DNA of 64,000 nucleotides from Halarcobacter sp. (lineage in GTDB: Bacteria; Campylobacterota; Campylobacteria; Campylobacterales; Arcobacteraceae): NCBI GenBank assembly GCA_048571215.1, contig CP182352.1, positions 3,104,001 through 3,168,000 of the forward strand, given 5' to 3'. Shown here piece by piece: positions 43,493-53,686 of the stretch (position 1 is the first letter of the stretch; each line of letters opens with the position of its first letter). The translations under genes were made by a program, and so were the position numbers. The notes beneath the pieces were generated by a model, which saw nothing but the letters and a program-made list of their open reading frames with translations, had not been told where the DNA came from and ran no database searches.

Positions 43493-44574
43493 CCTCTATT
43501 AAACCTTTTTCAATATCTAAATGACATGCTTTACAGTTAGCCTTACTTCTTATATCTTTATGCTTAAATAAAGTTTTTGGTATCTGTTCATGTTCATGTT
43601 TCCAGAAGCTAGTTTGTGTCATGGCTATTATATCTTTATTTTTTATTGAGTTCAAAATTTTAAAACTAGCTTCCATTGTTGAATTCTGCGCACTATTAGC
43701 AATTAAAAATCTTAAAATATTTTTTCTATCTTTTTCATCCAAAGAGGCATCATCTCCAAAATGATTCTCTAAATCTGACATCAACTTTATCCAAGAGTGT
43801 TTAGGTAAAAGATTTGGAGGGATACAGAGTGTGGCACGATGCACACTCATCTACAAACAACTCATTTTGGCTTGTATAATCAATAGGCTTATACTTTGAA
43901 GCTACAAAAACATTTTTAGGTTCGGTGAGGTTGAAAACTAAAAATCCAATCAAAAGTAGAAAGAAAAATAAGGCAATTAATTTTTGAAAAAAAGTGAGTG
44001 AAATACTTACTTGATCGCTAGTTTTTTTATACCCAGTAACAATAGAGTTTAGTGTCTCATGTTTACTATGAAGTAGTTTATCTGTTAATACTCCTCCAAT
44101 ATGTGCAACAATAAGTACAATAACTAAATTAGCTAAAATTTCATGTAACTCTTCAAAAAGTTCCATTTTCTTAAAAAAGGAATCATTTAAAAATGAAAAA
44201 ATACCTTTCCCTTCTTGTATTCCAAATGTTAATGCTCCTGTTATAATAACAAAGAAAATGACAACAAACATTCCAATCATTACATATGAAGCAGGAGGAT
44301 TATGTCCAATATATTTTTGTTTTGGATTGAAAATATCGAACATAAAATCTTTTACTCTTGCAATACCTAAAGGGAAGTCTTTAAATTTTGAGTATTTAGG
44401 GCCTAAAAAACCCCAAAAAAAACGAAAAGCTAAAAGTATTAGAATAAGATAACCTACAACAGCATGGTATTGTAATAAGTTATCCTCATCGGTTAAAAAT
44501 GCAACTAAAATCAAAAGTGCAAATAACCAGTGAAATACTCGTGTAGGTAAACTCCAAATATAAGATTTATGCAT
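43458..44574 (-). pseudogene. Cytochrome b/b6-diheme cytochrome c fusion split by a 1-nt frameshift
   Basis: The upstream ORF ends CASCHTLYP-SKSFT*; removing one C at 43819-43821 gives CASCHTLYPPNLLPKHSW...CKACH, a continuous 371-aa protein. Confidence 0.85.
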
Positions 44575-44583
44575 TATATTTCC

Positions 44584-45117
44584 TTAATCATCCCATCGAC
44601 CATAGTTAGGTATACGAATATCTCTTTCACTATAAATCCCTCGATTGGCTGTTGTATGACATGCCATACAGTTGAAAAGTCCTTTAACCTCTTTTTGTTT
44701 GATTAAACTAGGACGTATCTCATTGTGTTTATCAATCATATATGGTGTTAGTGAAATTGAGTCAGGAATTGGTCTACCTCTTAAACTATTCACAATACGA
44801 CTACTTCTTTTATACTGCATATTTTTTTCAGCACTATTTTCTGCTAAATAGTTTAATATAGTATTAAAATCTTCATCAAATAATGAGGCATCGGTATTAA
44901 AATGGTTTTCTAGATTGTTCATCATTTTTCTCCAAGCATTCTCTGGTAGAAGTCCTGGTTGGTAAGCAAAGTGACACGAACCACACTCTTTGAGATAGAG
45001 TGTATTATTTACTGGTGCTACTCCTTTTTTGCTTGAGTTACCATAGTTGATATATCTGTTGTCATCATCTGCAAAAGAAGCAGTCAATAAAAGTGCAATT
45101 AACAATAATAGTTTCAT
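44584..45117 (-). CDS. Diheme cytochrome c (DHC)
   Basis: Signal peptide; CGSCHFAYQPGLLP..W, HF..DASL, CMACH. Confidence 0.92.
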   Translation of the reverse strand: MKLLLLIALLLTASFADDDNRYINYGNSSKKGVAPVNNTLYLKECGSCHFAYQPGLLPENAWRKMMNNLENHFNTDASLFDEDFNTILNYLAENSAEKNMQYKRSSRIVNSLRGRPIPDSISLTPYMIDKHNEIRPSLIKQKEVKGLFNCMACHTTANRGIYSERDIRIPNYGRWDD

Positions 45118-45524
45118 TATTTATCCTTTGATAAGATGTAGCTTATTACATCCCCTTTTTCTTGGGCAGTTCCTTCTCTTTTATAAACATCATTGAAGTT
45201 TCTTCTTAACCATTTTTTGATGGTTTTAACTTCGCTTAATCGCTCAGGATTTGCTTTTGGTGATAAAGGTTTGATGATTTTCCCTGTAAAAAAGTTTTGA
45301 TGTGATTTTGTGAAGTCTGTACCATGACAAGAGGTACAAGATATCTCTTTACCTTTTTTACCCATATGTTTTGATGTAAAGATAACTTCTCCCCTTTTTG
45401 CATCAAAACCAACAAAACTCGAGTCATTTTTTTTAGCTTCAACTTTTAGATTATCCAAATAGTTTTCTACAACAGAAGCAAATGTGATATTTAAAAGTGC
45501 TAAAAATGTTAGTAGTAGTTTCAT
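45117..45524 (-). CDS. DUF1924 / SHP-like monoheme cytochrome c
   Basis: CTSCH, TGKIIKPLSP.ANPER, KWLRRNFNDV. Confidence 0.88.
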   Translation of the reverse strand: MKLLLTFLALLNITFASVVENYLDNLKVEAKKNDSSFVGFDAKRGEVIFTSKHMGKKGKEISCTSCHGTDFTKSHQNFFTGKIIKPLSPKANPERLSEVKTIKKWLRRNFNDVYKREGTAQEKGDVISYILSKDK

Positions 45525-45546
45525 AATTCTCCTTTATATTTTCATA

Positions 45547-45606
45547 AGTATAAAGGAATAGTTTCAATTTTGTTTGTAAAACAAATTGACAATTTCTTGA
45601 CAATTT
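45547..45606 (-). promoter_or_regulatory. Promoter of the cytochrome cluster with a tandem OmpR/PhoB-type box
   Basis: Minus strand AAATTGTCAA-G-AAATTGTCAA (45586-45606, 11-bp period); TATACT at 45547-45552. Confidence 0.6.
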
Positions 45607-46966
45607 AGAAGATAAATTTTATAGTTGCCCCCTGGTTTTCATCACTAGTGATTTCAATTTTTCCCTTATGCATATCAACTATTTTTTTACTAATGGATAA
45701 ACCAAGTCCTGTACCACCTGATTCTTTGCTTCTACTTTTATCAGTTCTATAAAACTTTTCAAATATTTTTGATTGCTCTTGTTTTGAAATACCTATTCCA
45801 AAATCTTGTACACTTATTATTTTGTACTCTTTTTCTAGATAGTTTTTTATTATGATTTTTGAATCTTTATGACTAAAAGAGATTGCATTTTTGATTATGT
45901 TTTTTATTGCTATTTTAAGAAGTTTTGAGTAACCATGTAACTCTATAGCTTCATCTATACCCACTTGGATAGTTACATCTTTAGTTTTAGCAAAATTGTT
46001 TAACTCTTTTACTGACTCTAAAGTTATCTCATCAAGATAGATTAACTCTTCACTTAGTTTTTGTTGATTATCCATTTTTGATAAAAATAGTAAATCATCT
46101 ACAGTTTGTTGTATAACTAGGATCTCATCAAGGCAGCTAGTTAAACTCTCTTTATACTCTTGGGCTGTTCTATCTTTTCTAAGGGCAATCTCTATTTCAC
46201 CTCTAATAATTGTTAGGGGTGTTTTTAGTTCGTGGGAAGCATCACTTGTAAATTGTGAAACTTTTTCAAAGGATATTTCAAGTCTTTCAAGAAGGTTATT
46301 TATCTCTTTGCATAAAAATGCTATTTCATCTTTTGAACTATTTTGGGTAACTCTTTTTGATAACTCTTTGGCATTTATATTTTTAAGTTCATATAAAATC
46401 TTTTCAACTGGTAAAAAAGATTTATAGATAAGAAAGTGTCCTCCGATTGTTGAAAAGATTAGGATAATTGGAACTATAAAAAATAAAATATAAAGTAGGT
46501 TTTCTAGGGCTATATTTAGTCTTTGTTTATTTGTAGCCAATTCTAATACATAAGCTGAGCCATCCATATTAAACTTTAATCTACTTATTATATGGTTCTC
46601 TTGCAAATCAAAAACAATGGTATCAAGTTTTAAAGCTTTTAGTGTAGAGAATCTATCTTTTATATCTTTTGGAAAGTTTTGAGAAGCGATAACTCTTATA
46701 TTTTTTTCTACACTTAGCAATCTTATAAATAAAGGTTCAAATTTATACTCTTTTTCCTCATCAAACATATTATCTTTCAAAGCTTGTTTATGGTCTAAAA
46801 TATCATCAGCAACATCCAATATAATAACTTTTAGTGTACTTTGAAGTTTATCTAAGGTGGATATCTCTAAAGCTTTATATAAAGAAAAGCTAAATGCAAA
46901 AAGAACTAAACATTGGATTATAAAGTTATATAATAAAAGTTTCTTTTTTATTGAAAATCTAGTCAT
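45605..46966 (-). CDS. CusS/CzcS-like sensor histidine kinase
   Basis: FTSDASHELKTPL, FEKFYRTDKSRS, GGTGLGL. Confidence 0.92.
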   Translation of the reverse strand: MTRFSIKKKLLLYNFIIQCLVLFAFSFSLYKALEISTLDKLQSTLKVIILDVADDILDHKQALKDNMFDEEKEYKFEPLFIRLLSVEKNIRVIASQNFPKDIKDRFSTLKALKLDTIVFDLQENHIISRLKFNMDGSAYVLELATNKQRLNIALENLLYILFFIVPIILIFSTIGGHFLIYKSFLPVEKILYELKNINAKELSKRVTQNSSKDEIAFLCKEINNLLERLEISFEKVSQFTSDASHELKTPLTIIRGEIEIALRKDRTAQEYKESLTSCLDEILVIQQTVDDLLFLSKMDNQQKLSEELIYLDEITLESVKELNNFAKTKDVTIQVGIDEAIELHGYSKLLKIAIKNIIKNAISFSHKDSKIIIKNYLEKEYKIISVQDFGIGISKQEQSKIFEKFYRTDKSRSKESGGTGLGLSISKKIVDMHKGKIEITSDENQGATIKFIF

Positions 46967-47627
46967 CGCTTATTTTAAATCCCATCCCTCTTACTGTTTT
47001 TATAAGTTTTTTTTCATAGGGTTTATCAATTTTATTTCTTAATCTATAGATATAAACATTTACCACATTACTTATATTATCATCTTCAAAATTATTTAAA
47101 GAGGAGCTTATCATCGTCTCTGATAATACTTTATTTTGGTTTTTGATTAAAAACTCCAAAAGATTAAACTCTTTGGCTGTTAAATCTATAGTACTTCCTG
47201 CTCTTTTTGCACTTTTACTTAATAAATCTAACTCTAAATCTGCTATTTTTAAAGTGGTTTCCACCTGGTTTGTAGAGCGTAGTTGTACTCTGATTCTAGC
47301 AAGTAATTCTGCAAATGAAAAGGGTTTTGCTAGGTAATCATTTGCCCCAACATCTAAACCTTTTATAGTATCATCAATACTATCTTTTGCGGTTAACATT
47401 ATTATAGGAGTGCTTACTTTTGAAGCTCTTAAACTTTTGCATACCTCTATGCCATCTTTTATTGGTAGCATAATATCAAGTAAAATTAAATCATAGGTGT
47501 GTACACTAGCTAAATAAAGACCCTCATCTCCATTTAAAGAGTAATCAACACTATAAGCCTCTTCTTCAAGACCTTTTTTTAAAAAATTTATGATTTTCTC
47601 ATCATCTTCTATAATTAATATCTTCAT
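46959..47627 (-). CDS. CusR/CzcR-like OmpR-family response regulator
   Basis: GANDYLAKPFSFAELLARIR, SNVVNVYIYRLRNKID, TVRGMG. Confidence 0.93.
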   Translation of the reverse strand: MKILIIEDDEKIINFLKKGLEEEAYSVDYSLNGDEGLYLASVHTYDLILLDIMLPIKDGIEVCKSLRASKVSTPIIMLTAKDSIDDTIKGLDVGANDYLAKPFSFAELLARIRVQLRSTNQVETTLKIADLELDLLSKSAKRAGSTIDLTAKEFNLLEFLIKNQNKVLSETMISSSLNNFEDDNISNVVNVYIYRLRNKIDKPYEKKLIKTVRGMGFKISDD

Positions 47628-47641
47628 TTTATACCTTAAAT

Positions 47642-48376
47642 TTATTCTACACTTTTTGATATTAATTTTAGTAAAGTTATTTCAGCATTTGCTTTATATC
47701 TAAAATCTATACCCCAAGTTCCTAAACCTTTATTTATATAAATTGCTGTTTTATTTACATAGTGGATTCCAGCTAAAAATGGTTGAAAAAGTTTCACAAA
47801 ATAGTGGAAAGGAAAAATTTGTCCACCATGGGTATGTCCACATAAAAAAAGTTCGCAAGAGTCTAAAGCAAGTTTATAATCTTTTGGTTGATGAGCAATA
47901 AAAATAGTAGCATCTGAACTATTTAGATACTCTAAAACTTTTTTTTCATCTCTTTTTATATTGAAAAATTTGGAAAACCTATCTGAAATACCCACTAAAT
48001 TGATTTGTTTATTATTAAACTTTATAAGGTTTTGTTTATTATCTAATAAGATAAAATCAGGCAAGCTTTTTTCTAAATCTTTTAACCCATATACTAAGTC
48101 ATGGTTACCACTAATATAAAAAACTTTTTTATTTTTTGCTAATTTATTTAATAGATATAATTTATCTTTAATAAGATTGGTTTTACAATCAATTATATCT
48201 CCTGTTATAACAATAAAATCATATTTAAAACCCTTACAATAATCAACAAGAATTTTAATAGATAAAATATCAGTTTTTTTATTTATATGTAAATCACTTA
48301 GGTGCAAGATTTTTAAACCTTGCAAATCTTCGTGATTTACATAAACTTTTATTTTAGATAATTTTGGTATTTTCAT
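47642..48376 (-). CDS. Calcineurin-like metallophosphoesterase (YkuE/YaeI-like)
   Basis: SDLH, TGD, GNHD, HQP, GHTHGGQ. Confidence 0.92.
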   Translation of the reverse strand: MKIPKLSKIKVYVNHEDLQGLKILHLSDLHINKKTDILSIKILVDYCKGFKYDFIVITGDIIDCKTNLIKDKLYLLNKLAKNKKVFYISGNHDLVYGLKDLEKSLPDFILLDNKQNLIKFNNKQINLVGISDRFSKFFNIKRDEKKVLEYLNSSDATIFIAHQPKDYKLALDSCELFLCGHTHGGQIFPFHYFVKLFQPFLAGIHYVNKTAIYINKGLGTWGIDFRYKANAEITLLKLISKSVE

Positions 48377-48856
48377 CTAAAAAAGCTTCTCTAAATCCTC
48401 TTTATTTTTTATAAAATTAATACTTTTTATAATCCCATCTTTTAAGGTATAAACAGTAGATACTTCATCTTTTTTTAAAAATCTTTTATCATTTTCATCA
48501 TAAATTAGAAGTATAGTATGTTTATAATCTCGCATTTTAGGTAAAGCGAATAATTTTGTAATAATAGAGGGCATTCCTGAGATATTAGCAATAAAAACAG
48601 CATTGTGTTTTTGTAAAAAATCTGCTTGTTTTGATTCTAGAAACTCATTTACCATTTTACCTGTATCTTTTTCAAAAGAGACAATAATCATTTGTACATT
48701 ATCAGGAATAGTATGCATTTTATTAAACTGATCAGGTAAACTAAAATGTTCTATCTTTTCATTTAGATTAAAACCTTGTGAATACAAGGTGGTAAAAAAA
48801 AGTAAAAAAGAGAAGATCACTTTTCTACTTAAAAACCTAAGTTTAGTTTGTTTCAT
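48377..48856 (-). CDS. Exported hypothetical protein, redoxin-like fold without CXXC
   Basis: Signal-like N-terminus; FSLPDQF..H pattern; ANISGMPSIITKLFALPKMR. Confidence 0.55.
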   Translation of the reverse strand: MKQTKLRFLSRKVIFSFLLFFTTLYSQGFNLNEKIEHFSLPDQFNKMHTIPDNVQMIIVSFEKDTGKMVNEFLESKQADFLQKHNAVFIANISGMPSIITKLFALPKMRDYKHTILLIYDENDKRFLKKDEVSTVYTLKDGIIKSINFIKNKEDLEKLF

Positions 48857-48860
48857 AATC

Positions 48861-49385
48861 TTAACCTTTGTTATAAATTAATGAGTATTTAATATCAATT
48901 AGGTCTCTAACTGTTAAAAAGAACATTGTTGGTGGTTCCATATTAAAATCTGTTAGCAAAATAGAAAAGTTACCTGAGAATGATATGGTATTGTTAGTAT
49001 CATATATGCTTGCTAAGGTATCAATCTTTTTACTCACTCCATTTAAAGTTAATAAACCACTAAGTTTATATCCATCTTTTTGTTTTACGATAGAGGTTAA
49101 CTTAAATGTGATTGTTGGATTAAGTTCACTATTTAAAACCTTATACATGTGTTCATCTCTATCTTTATTATCACTTACAAATGATAAAGCTTTTATAGAG
49201 ATATTTCCTTTGATACTCTCTAAAGTATCTTCCATAGTCAAATCTGACTCTATATTTGTAGATGCAGGATTGATTGTGCTATCTCCAAAAACTTCTGTGT
49301 GTGCTTGGATTTTACCATCTTGTAAAACCAGACTATTTGCTAAAGCAAAACTTCCTAAAAGTAGTAAAAAAACTAAATTACGCAT
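48861..49385 (-). CDS. YceI family periplasmic lipid/isoprenoid-binding protein
   Basis: Signal peptide; SDNKDRDEHM, GLLTLNGVSK, TDFNMEPP. Confidence 0.9.
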   Translation of the reverse strand: MRNLVFLLLLGSFALANSLVLQDGKIQAHTEVFGDSTINPASTNIESDLTMEDTLESIKGNISIKALSFVSDNKDRDEHMYKVLNSELNPTITFKLTSIVKQKDGYKLSGLLTLNGVSKKIDTLASIYDTNNTISFSGNFSILLTDFNMEPPTMFFLTVRDLIDIKYSLIYNKG

Positions 49386-50361
49386 AGTGTAACTCCTTAT
49401 TAAATTGTTGTTGTGTATTAATCACCTTAAACAGGCAAATTAAAAATATACCAGGTACGAAAAGAGTTAGACTCTCTAAGGCTGTAAAAAGACCAGCTCC
49501 AGAGGCTAACCAACCGATAAATATCATATAAATTGAAATTGTTTTTAAATCCTTTTTTATTAGAGTTTGTAGAATCACTACATTGTAATAGGAGATTACA
49601 AATGGATAAACTAGAGATAAAATAAAAGCCTCTTGTAAAAAGTAGAAAAGATAACTAAGGGCAAATAGCATTATGATAAAAAGCTCTTTTTGGTTTTTTT
49701 GCATTTGCCATCTTAAAGCGGAAAATACACCTATTATATGAAATAGGGCAATATTAAAACTATAACCATCTCTCCAAATAGAAAGGTTTGTATCCCTTGA
49801 TAGGGTTTCAAAAAGTGCAGAGTCTAAAAATATCCATAAGACCATACTAAAAAGACCATATTCAAAAAGATTGTTTTTTAGAATAACTTTTTTGTTTGGA
49901 AGGAAAAATAGAGTTATTAGGGTTATTGTAGTTAAAATCAAAGCTAAATATAGCCTTCCTGAGGGGTCTGTATTAAATAAAGTAGTTCCAACTGTATATG
50001 AGATAGCTAAAGCAAAACCCATATGAATAGCACTAGCTTTTTTTAGTTCATTTATAAGAAGTGGGGCTAAACCACCAACACTAAGTCCTAAAATAAAGAG
50101 CATTAAACTATTGAAGTTAGGATAAAAAAGACTCATTAAAAATTGAAAAACTAAAAATATAAAAATCTTATTTCTACTTTTGATTTTTAAAAAGTAAGTT
50201 AAAAGTGAACCAATAACACCACCTATTGGTAGGGGTGCAATCACATAAATATTTGATGAAAAGTGTTCTATAATTCCAGTTTGTGCAATTAGTAAGTAAT
50301 AACACAACTCTGAAGCTATAAACAGGATTAATGCAAGATTGTTTATTTTACTGTTTTGCAT
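49378..50361 (-). CDS. Multi-pass membrane protein (MFS-like)
   Basis: About 11-12 hydrophobic segments; ASELCYYLLIAQTG, FLDSALFETLSR. Confidence 0.6.
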   Translation of the reverse strand: MQNSKINNLALILFIASELCYYLLIAQTGIIEHFSSNIYVIAPLPIGGVIGSLLTYFLKIKSRNKIFIFLVFQFLMSLFYPNFNSLMLFILGLSVGGLAPLLINELKKASAIHMGFALAISYTVGTTLFNTDPSGRLYLALILTTITLITLFFLPNKKVILKNNLFEYGLFSMVLWIFLDSALFETLSRDTNLSIWRDGYSFNIALFHIIGVFSALRWQMQKNQKELFIIMLFALSYLFYFLQEAFILSLVYPFVISYYNVVILQTLIKKDLKTISIYMIFIGWLASGAGLFTALESLTLFVPGIFLICLFKVINTQQQFNKELHYA

Positions 50362-51911
50362 GGTAACTCCTTTTGATAGATAAATAGTAAAAAAAATAGC
50401 ACAAATGACATATCTGACATAGCTATTAGTAAGGCTACAATCCCTAAACTTTTAGAGAAAAACAAAGCCAAAAAAACAGAGCTTATAAAAACTCTTGTTA
50501 TAACGGTAATTGTGGTTATGATTTGTCTATGCTCTTTATATAAAAGAGCCAAAAAGTGGAAAACTCCAGTTAGACAAACAAAAGAAAATACCACATATTC
50601 ATATTTCCCTTCAAATGAAAATCCTAATAAGGGGTATAAAAAACTTGCAAAGAAGAGTAAAAAAACTCCCCCAAAACCATCAGTTAATACTCCAAAAATA
50701 TTATACTTTTCAATTAAACTAAACTCTTTTTTTATTTTTATAAAATATATTAAACTTGAAAGAGCTACAAAACCAAATATAGTTCTAAGAACCCACGTAG
50801 TTGATGTTTGGATATTAGTAAGTCCAGCTTGGGTTAAACCAGAGATTGAAAGAACAGTAAATATACCTAATAAACCAATTAAATAAAGTTTTGAAAATCT
50901 AAAATTATTTAAGGGTTTAATATATTTTGCAAACATGGCAATAACCATAAAAAATACTCCAATACCCATAGCAACATGAGCATGAGCTACTATTAAATCA
51001 TTTCTATGAAAAAGCCATCTAAGAGTAGGGATAAATAATATATTTCCCTCAACATCCACAAATAAAAAAGCAGCAATAGAGATAAGAAGATATTTTTTTG
51101 AAAATCTATCTATATTTGCATCTTTATACCATCTGTATAAAATAGGGATATATAAAAATGTAAGCCATTGTAAAAACCACTCTTGGTTGTAACTTAAAGG
51201 ACCTATTGCAATTCTATGAAATACAGAAGCAAAATAGAAAAAAGTAGGAATAATCCAAAGGATATTCCATCTTGCAACAAAAGATTCTTTTGCTAGTAGT
51301 TTTATAATTAGATAATATATAGGAATCAAAGCTAAACTCATCCCTAAGGTATTATCTCCGTGGGGACCACTTATTGTGCTTTCAACTTGTCCTATTATTG
51401 GATTCATCAAAATTAAAAGTGCAATTGGTGCAATAATAACTATCTTTAGACACACCTTTACCCACATTGGATACACTTTATACTCTTTTATAAAATGATA
51501 AATTGCAAGTATATAAAATACCCCAGCAAAGGCTAAGATAAAGTTTAGTTCATAGGGAAAATCATAAAAGGCTAAACCTCTAGTGTTTCCAAATACCAAA
51601 GCACTAATCATAAAGATTAGAAAGATATACCAAAAAATAGTATATAGATTTAGATAGTGTAAACCTTTTTTATTATATCCCACCTCTTTATTTATCAATA
51701 AAAATGGCAAATAAGAAAGCATCAAAGGAACAAAGCCATAAAGCATTACAGAGATATGTAAGCTTCTTATATTTGATGGAAGTAGGGTTTGTGAATCTAC
51801 TGAAAACCCTAAAAGGTTGATTGAATATATTATTCCAAAAAATAATCCCAAGCCTAAAAATACTAAAGATATATAAAAATGTTTTTGTATAAAACTATTG
51901 AATTCTTCCAT
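50343..51911 (-). CDS. Divergent heme-copper oxidase subunit I-like membrane protein
   Basis: RSLH (helix II-like), G.TRGLAFYDFP loop, PHGDN, FHR, HRNDLIVAHAH (helix X-like); many TM segments. Confidence 0.7.
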   Translation of the reverse strand: MEEFNSFIQKHFYISLVFLGLGLFFGIIYSINLLGFSVDSQTLLPSNIRSLHISVMLYGFVPLMLSYLPFLLINKEVGYNKKGLHYLNLYTIFWYIFLIFMISALVFGNTRGLAFYDFPYELNFILAFAGVFYILAIYHFIKEYKVYPMWVKVCLKIVIIAPIALLILMNPIIGQVESTISGPHGDNTLGMSLALIPIYYLIIKLLAKESFVARWNILWIIPTFFYFASVFHRIAIGPLSYNQEWFLQWLTFLYIPILYRWYKDANIDRFSKKYLLISIAAFLFVDVEGNILFIPTLRWLFHRNDLIVAHAHVAMGIGVFFMVIAMFAKYIKPLNNFRFSKLYLIGLLGIFTVLSISGLTQAGLTNIQTSTTWVLRTIFGFVALSSLIYFIKIKKEFSLIEKYNIFGVLTDGFGGVFLLFFASFLYPLLGFSFEGKYEYVVFSFVCLTGVFHFLALLYKEHRQIITTITVITRVFISSVFLALFFSKSLGIVALLIAMSDMSFVLFFLLFIYQKELPCKTVK

Positions 51912-52518
51912 CTTTTACCTCATAAGTTTTGTTTGTTTTGTTTGCAAGGTTTAAATCATGCGTTGCAACAATAATTGTTGTTCCCTTTTGTGAAAAAGAT
52001 TCTAAAATCTCAAATACATTTAAAGAGTTTTTTGAGTCTAAATTTCCTGTTGGTTCATCAGCAAAGATAACTTTAGGGGTGTTTATTAAAGCTCTTGCTA
52101 TTGCTACTCTTTGTCTCTGACCTCCTGATATCTCATTTGGATATTTATCCATGAGGTTTTCAACCTTTAAAGATTCAAGAAGATCAAATATATCTTTATC
52201 CTTTGCCTTCTCATTTGCAATTTGAATATTTTCTTTTATTGTTAGATAGTTTATTAGATAATGAAACTGAAAAATAAAACCAATATTTTCTTGTCTAAAT
52301 TTATCTATATTTTTTATATCTTTATAGTTTAAACCATCAAAATAAATATCCCCATTACTTGGAGTTAAAAGGGTAGACAATATAGATAGTAAAGTTGATT
52401 TTCCACTACCACTTTCCCCAATTATAGATACAAATTCACCTTTTTTTATCTCTAAATTGATATTCTCTAAGGCTAAATCTTTTTCATATTTATGTGAGAT
52501 ATTTGTTACTTTTATCAT
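51895..52518 (-). CDS. ABC transporter ATP-binding protein (LolD/MacB type)
   Basis: GESGSGKST, IGFIFQ, SGGQRQRVAIARAL, DEPTGNLD. Confidence 0.95.
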   Translation of the reverse strand: MIKVTNISHKYEKDLALENINLEIKKGEFVSIIGESGSGKSTLLSILSTLLTPSNGDIYFDGLNYKDIKNIDKFRQENIGFIFQFHYLINYLTIKENIQIANEKAKDKDIFDLLESLKVENLMDKYPNEISGGQRQRVAIARALINTPKVIFADEPTGNLDSKNSLNVFEILESFSQKGTTIIVATHDLNLANKTNKTYEVKDGRIQ

Positions 52519-53597
52519 ATTCTATTACCTTGGATTAGGATAACTGGGTCAGTTTTTGCGGCATTTAGTGCTGGAATTATTGAACCTAAAATTGACATGG
52601 CAATAGAGGTTACAAAGATATAAAGAGCTAAAATAGTTGATATTTCTCCATTTACATAGCCTTGCAGGTGAGTAGAGTTTTTTATAAAGTATAAAATAAT
52701 ATGTGAAAGAAAAAATGAGCTAATAAAACTAAAAAATCCCAAAATAAAACTTTCAGTAATTATTTGAAAAATAATCTTTCTCATAGGAATACCAAGTGCT
52801 CTTTTTATACCAAACTCATCTTTCCTTTGGTTTATAGTGATACTCATAATACTTACAATTGAGAGTAAACCCATGCAAAATGCGATAAATGAAATAGTAT
52901 TTGATGAGGTTTTGATTATCTTAAATTGATTGTAGTTATCCACAAAGTTTTCAGTACTTTTTACCTCAATTTTAGAACTAAGCTTACTAATACTTTTTTT
53001 GATATCTTCCATATTTGTATTTAAATCTGTATTTACCATAAGCATCGAGGCACTTTTATTAAAAATCTCTCCCGCATCTTGGATATTTAAAACAACTCCT
53101 CCATTTTCAAAACCAATAGAGCTTTCAAAAACTCCTGAAATCTGAAAAGTTTTATTTGCTATATCTATTTGTTTTTTGTTTTTTAGTTGATTATATATAG
53201 TCTTACCAACCAAAGCTTGGTTTTTATTCGGATAAGAGTTTGAGATAAGTTTGTAGTTTTTAAACCTATTTTTACTAACCCCATAAATTGCAACTATAGG
53301 TAAAGACTCAACAGGTGAAGCACCTACAATAATAGCAGATGACTCTTTTACTCCATCTATTTGATTTATTTTTTTAAGTAAGTTTATATCTACATTTGAA
53401 AAGAATGTATCAGAGATTTTTGCTTGGGTTATTATCAAATCCCCATCACTTTTTAACATATTTGAATACATCCCAATAATTCCATTTGAGATAGAACTTA
53501 TTAAAAATATTGAGCTTATAGAAAATATGATACTAAGATAGATAAGTGTTGTTTTTAATCTATTTGCATTTAATGCTTTTAAGGCGATTGAAACCAA
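52515..53597 (-). CDS. ABC transporter permease (MacB/FtsX type)
   Basis: N-terminal TM, periplasmic domain, QRKDEFGIKRALG, PALNAAKTDP. Confidence 0.92.
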   Translation of the reverse strand: MVSIALKALNANRLKTTLIYLSIIFSISSIFLISSISNGIIGMYSNMLKSDGDLIITQAKISDTFFSNVDINLLKKINQIDGVKESSAIIVGASPVESLPIVAIYGVSKNRFKNYKLISNSYPNKNQALVGKTIYNQLKNKKQIDIANKTFQISGVFESSIGFENGGVVLNIQDAGEIFNKSASMLMVNTDLNTNMEDIKKSISKLSSKIEVKSTENFVDNYNQFKIIKTSSNTISFIAFCMGLLSIVSIMSITINQRKDEFGIKRALGIPMRKIIFQIITESFILGFFSFISSFFLSHIILYFIKNSTHLQGYVNGEISTILALYIFVTSIAMSILGSIIPALNAAKTDPVILIQGNRI

Positions 53598-53623
53598 AAA
53601 AATTCCTTATTATAATTTAAAGA

Positions 53624-53666
53624 ATTTTATTTGGTTTTTATGAAACCTTTATGAATAAAATATGAA
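53624..53666 (-). promoter_or_regulatory. Promoter with three TTCATA direct repeats at 11-bp period
   Basis: Plus-strand TATGAA at 53639, 53650, 53661; minus-strand TAAAAT (53624-53629) 9 nt downstream. Confidence 0.6.
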
Positions 53667-53686
53667 TAAAAATTCATATTCAAAAA

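Noticed and set aside
43458..43850. Stand-alone 130-aa ORF starting MSVHRATLCIPP
   Set aside because: Its first residues are an off-frame reading; it is the distal half of the frameshifted cytochrome b-DHC gene.
50343..51911. Calling this gene ccoN or norB
   Set aside because: It lacks the HH pair and the helix VI signatures, and no ccoO/ccoP or norC is adjacent, so no gene symbol was given.
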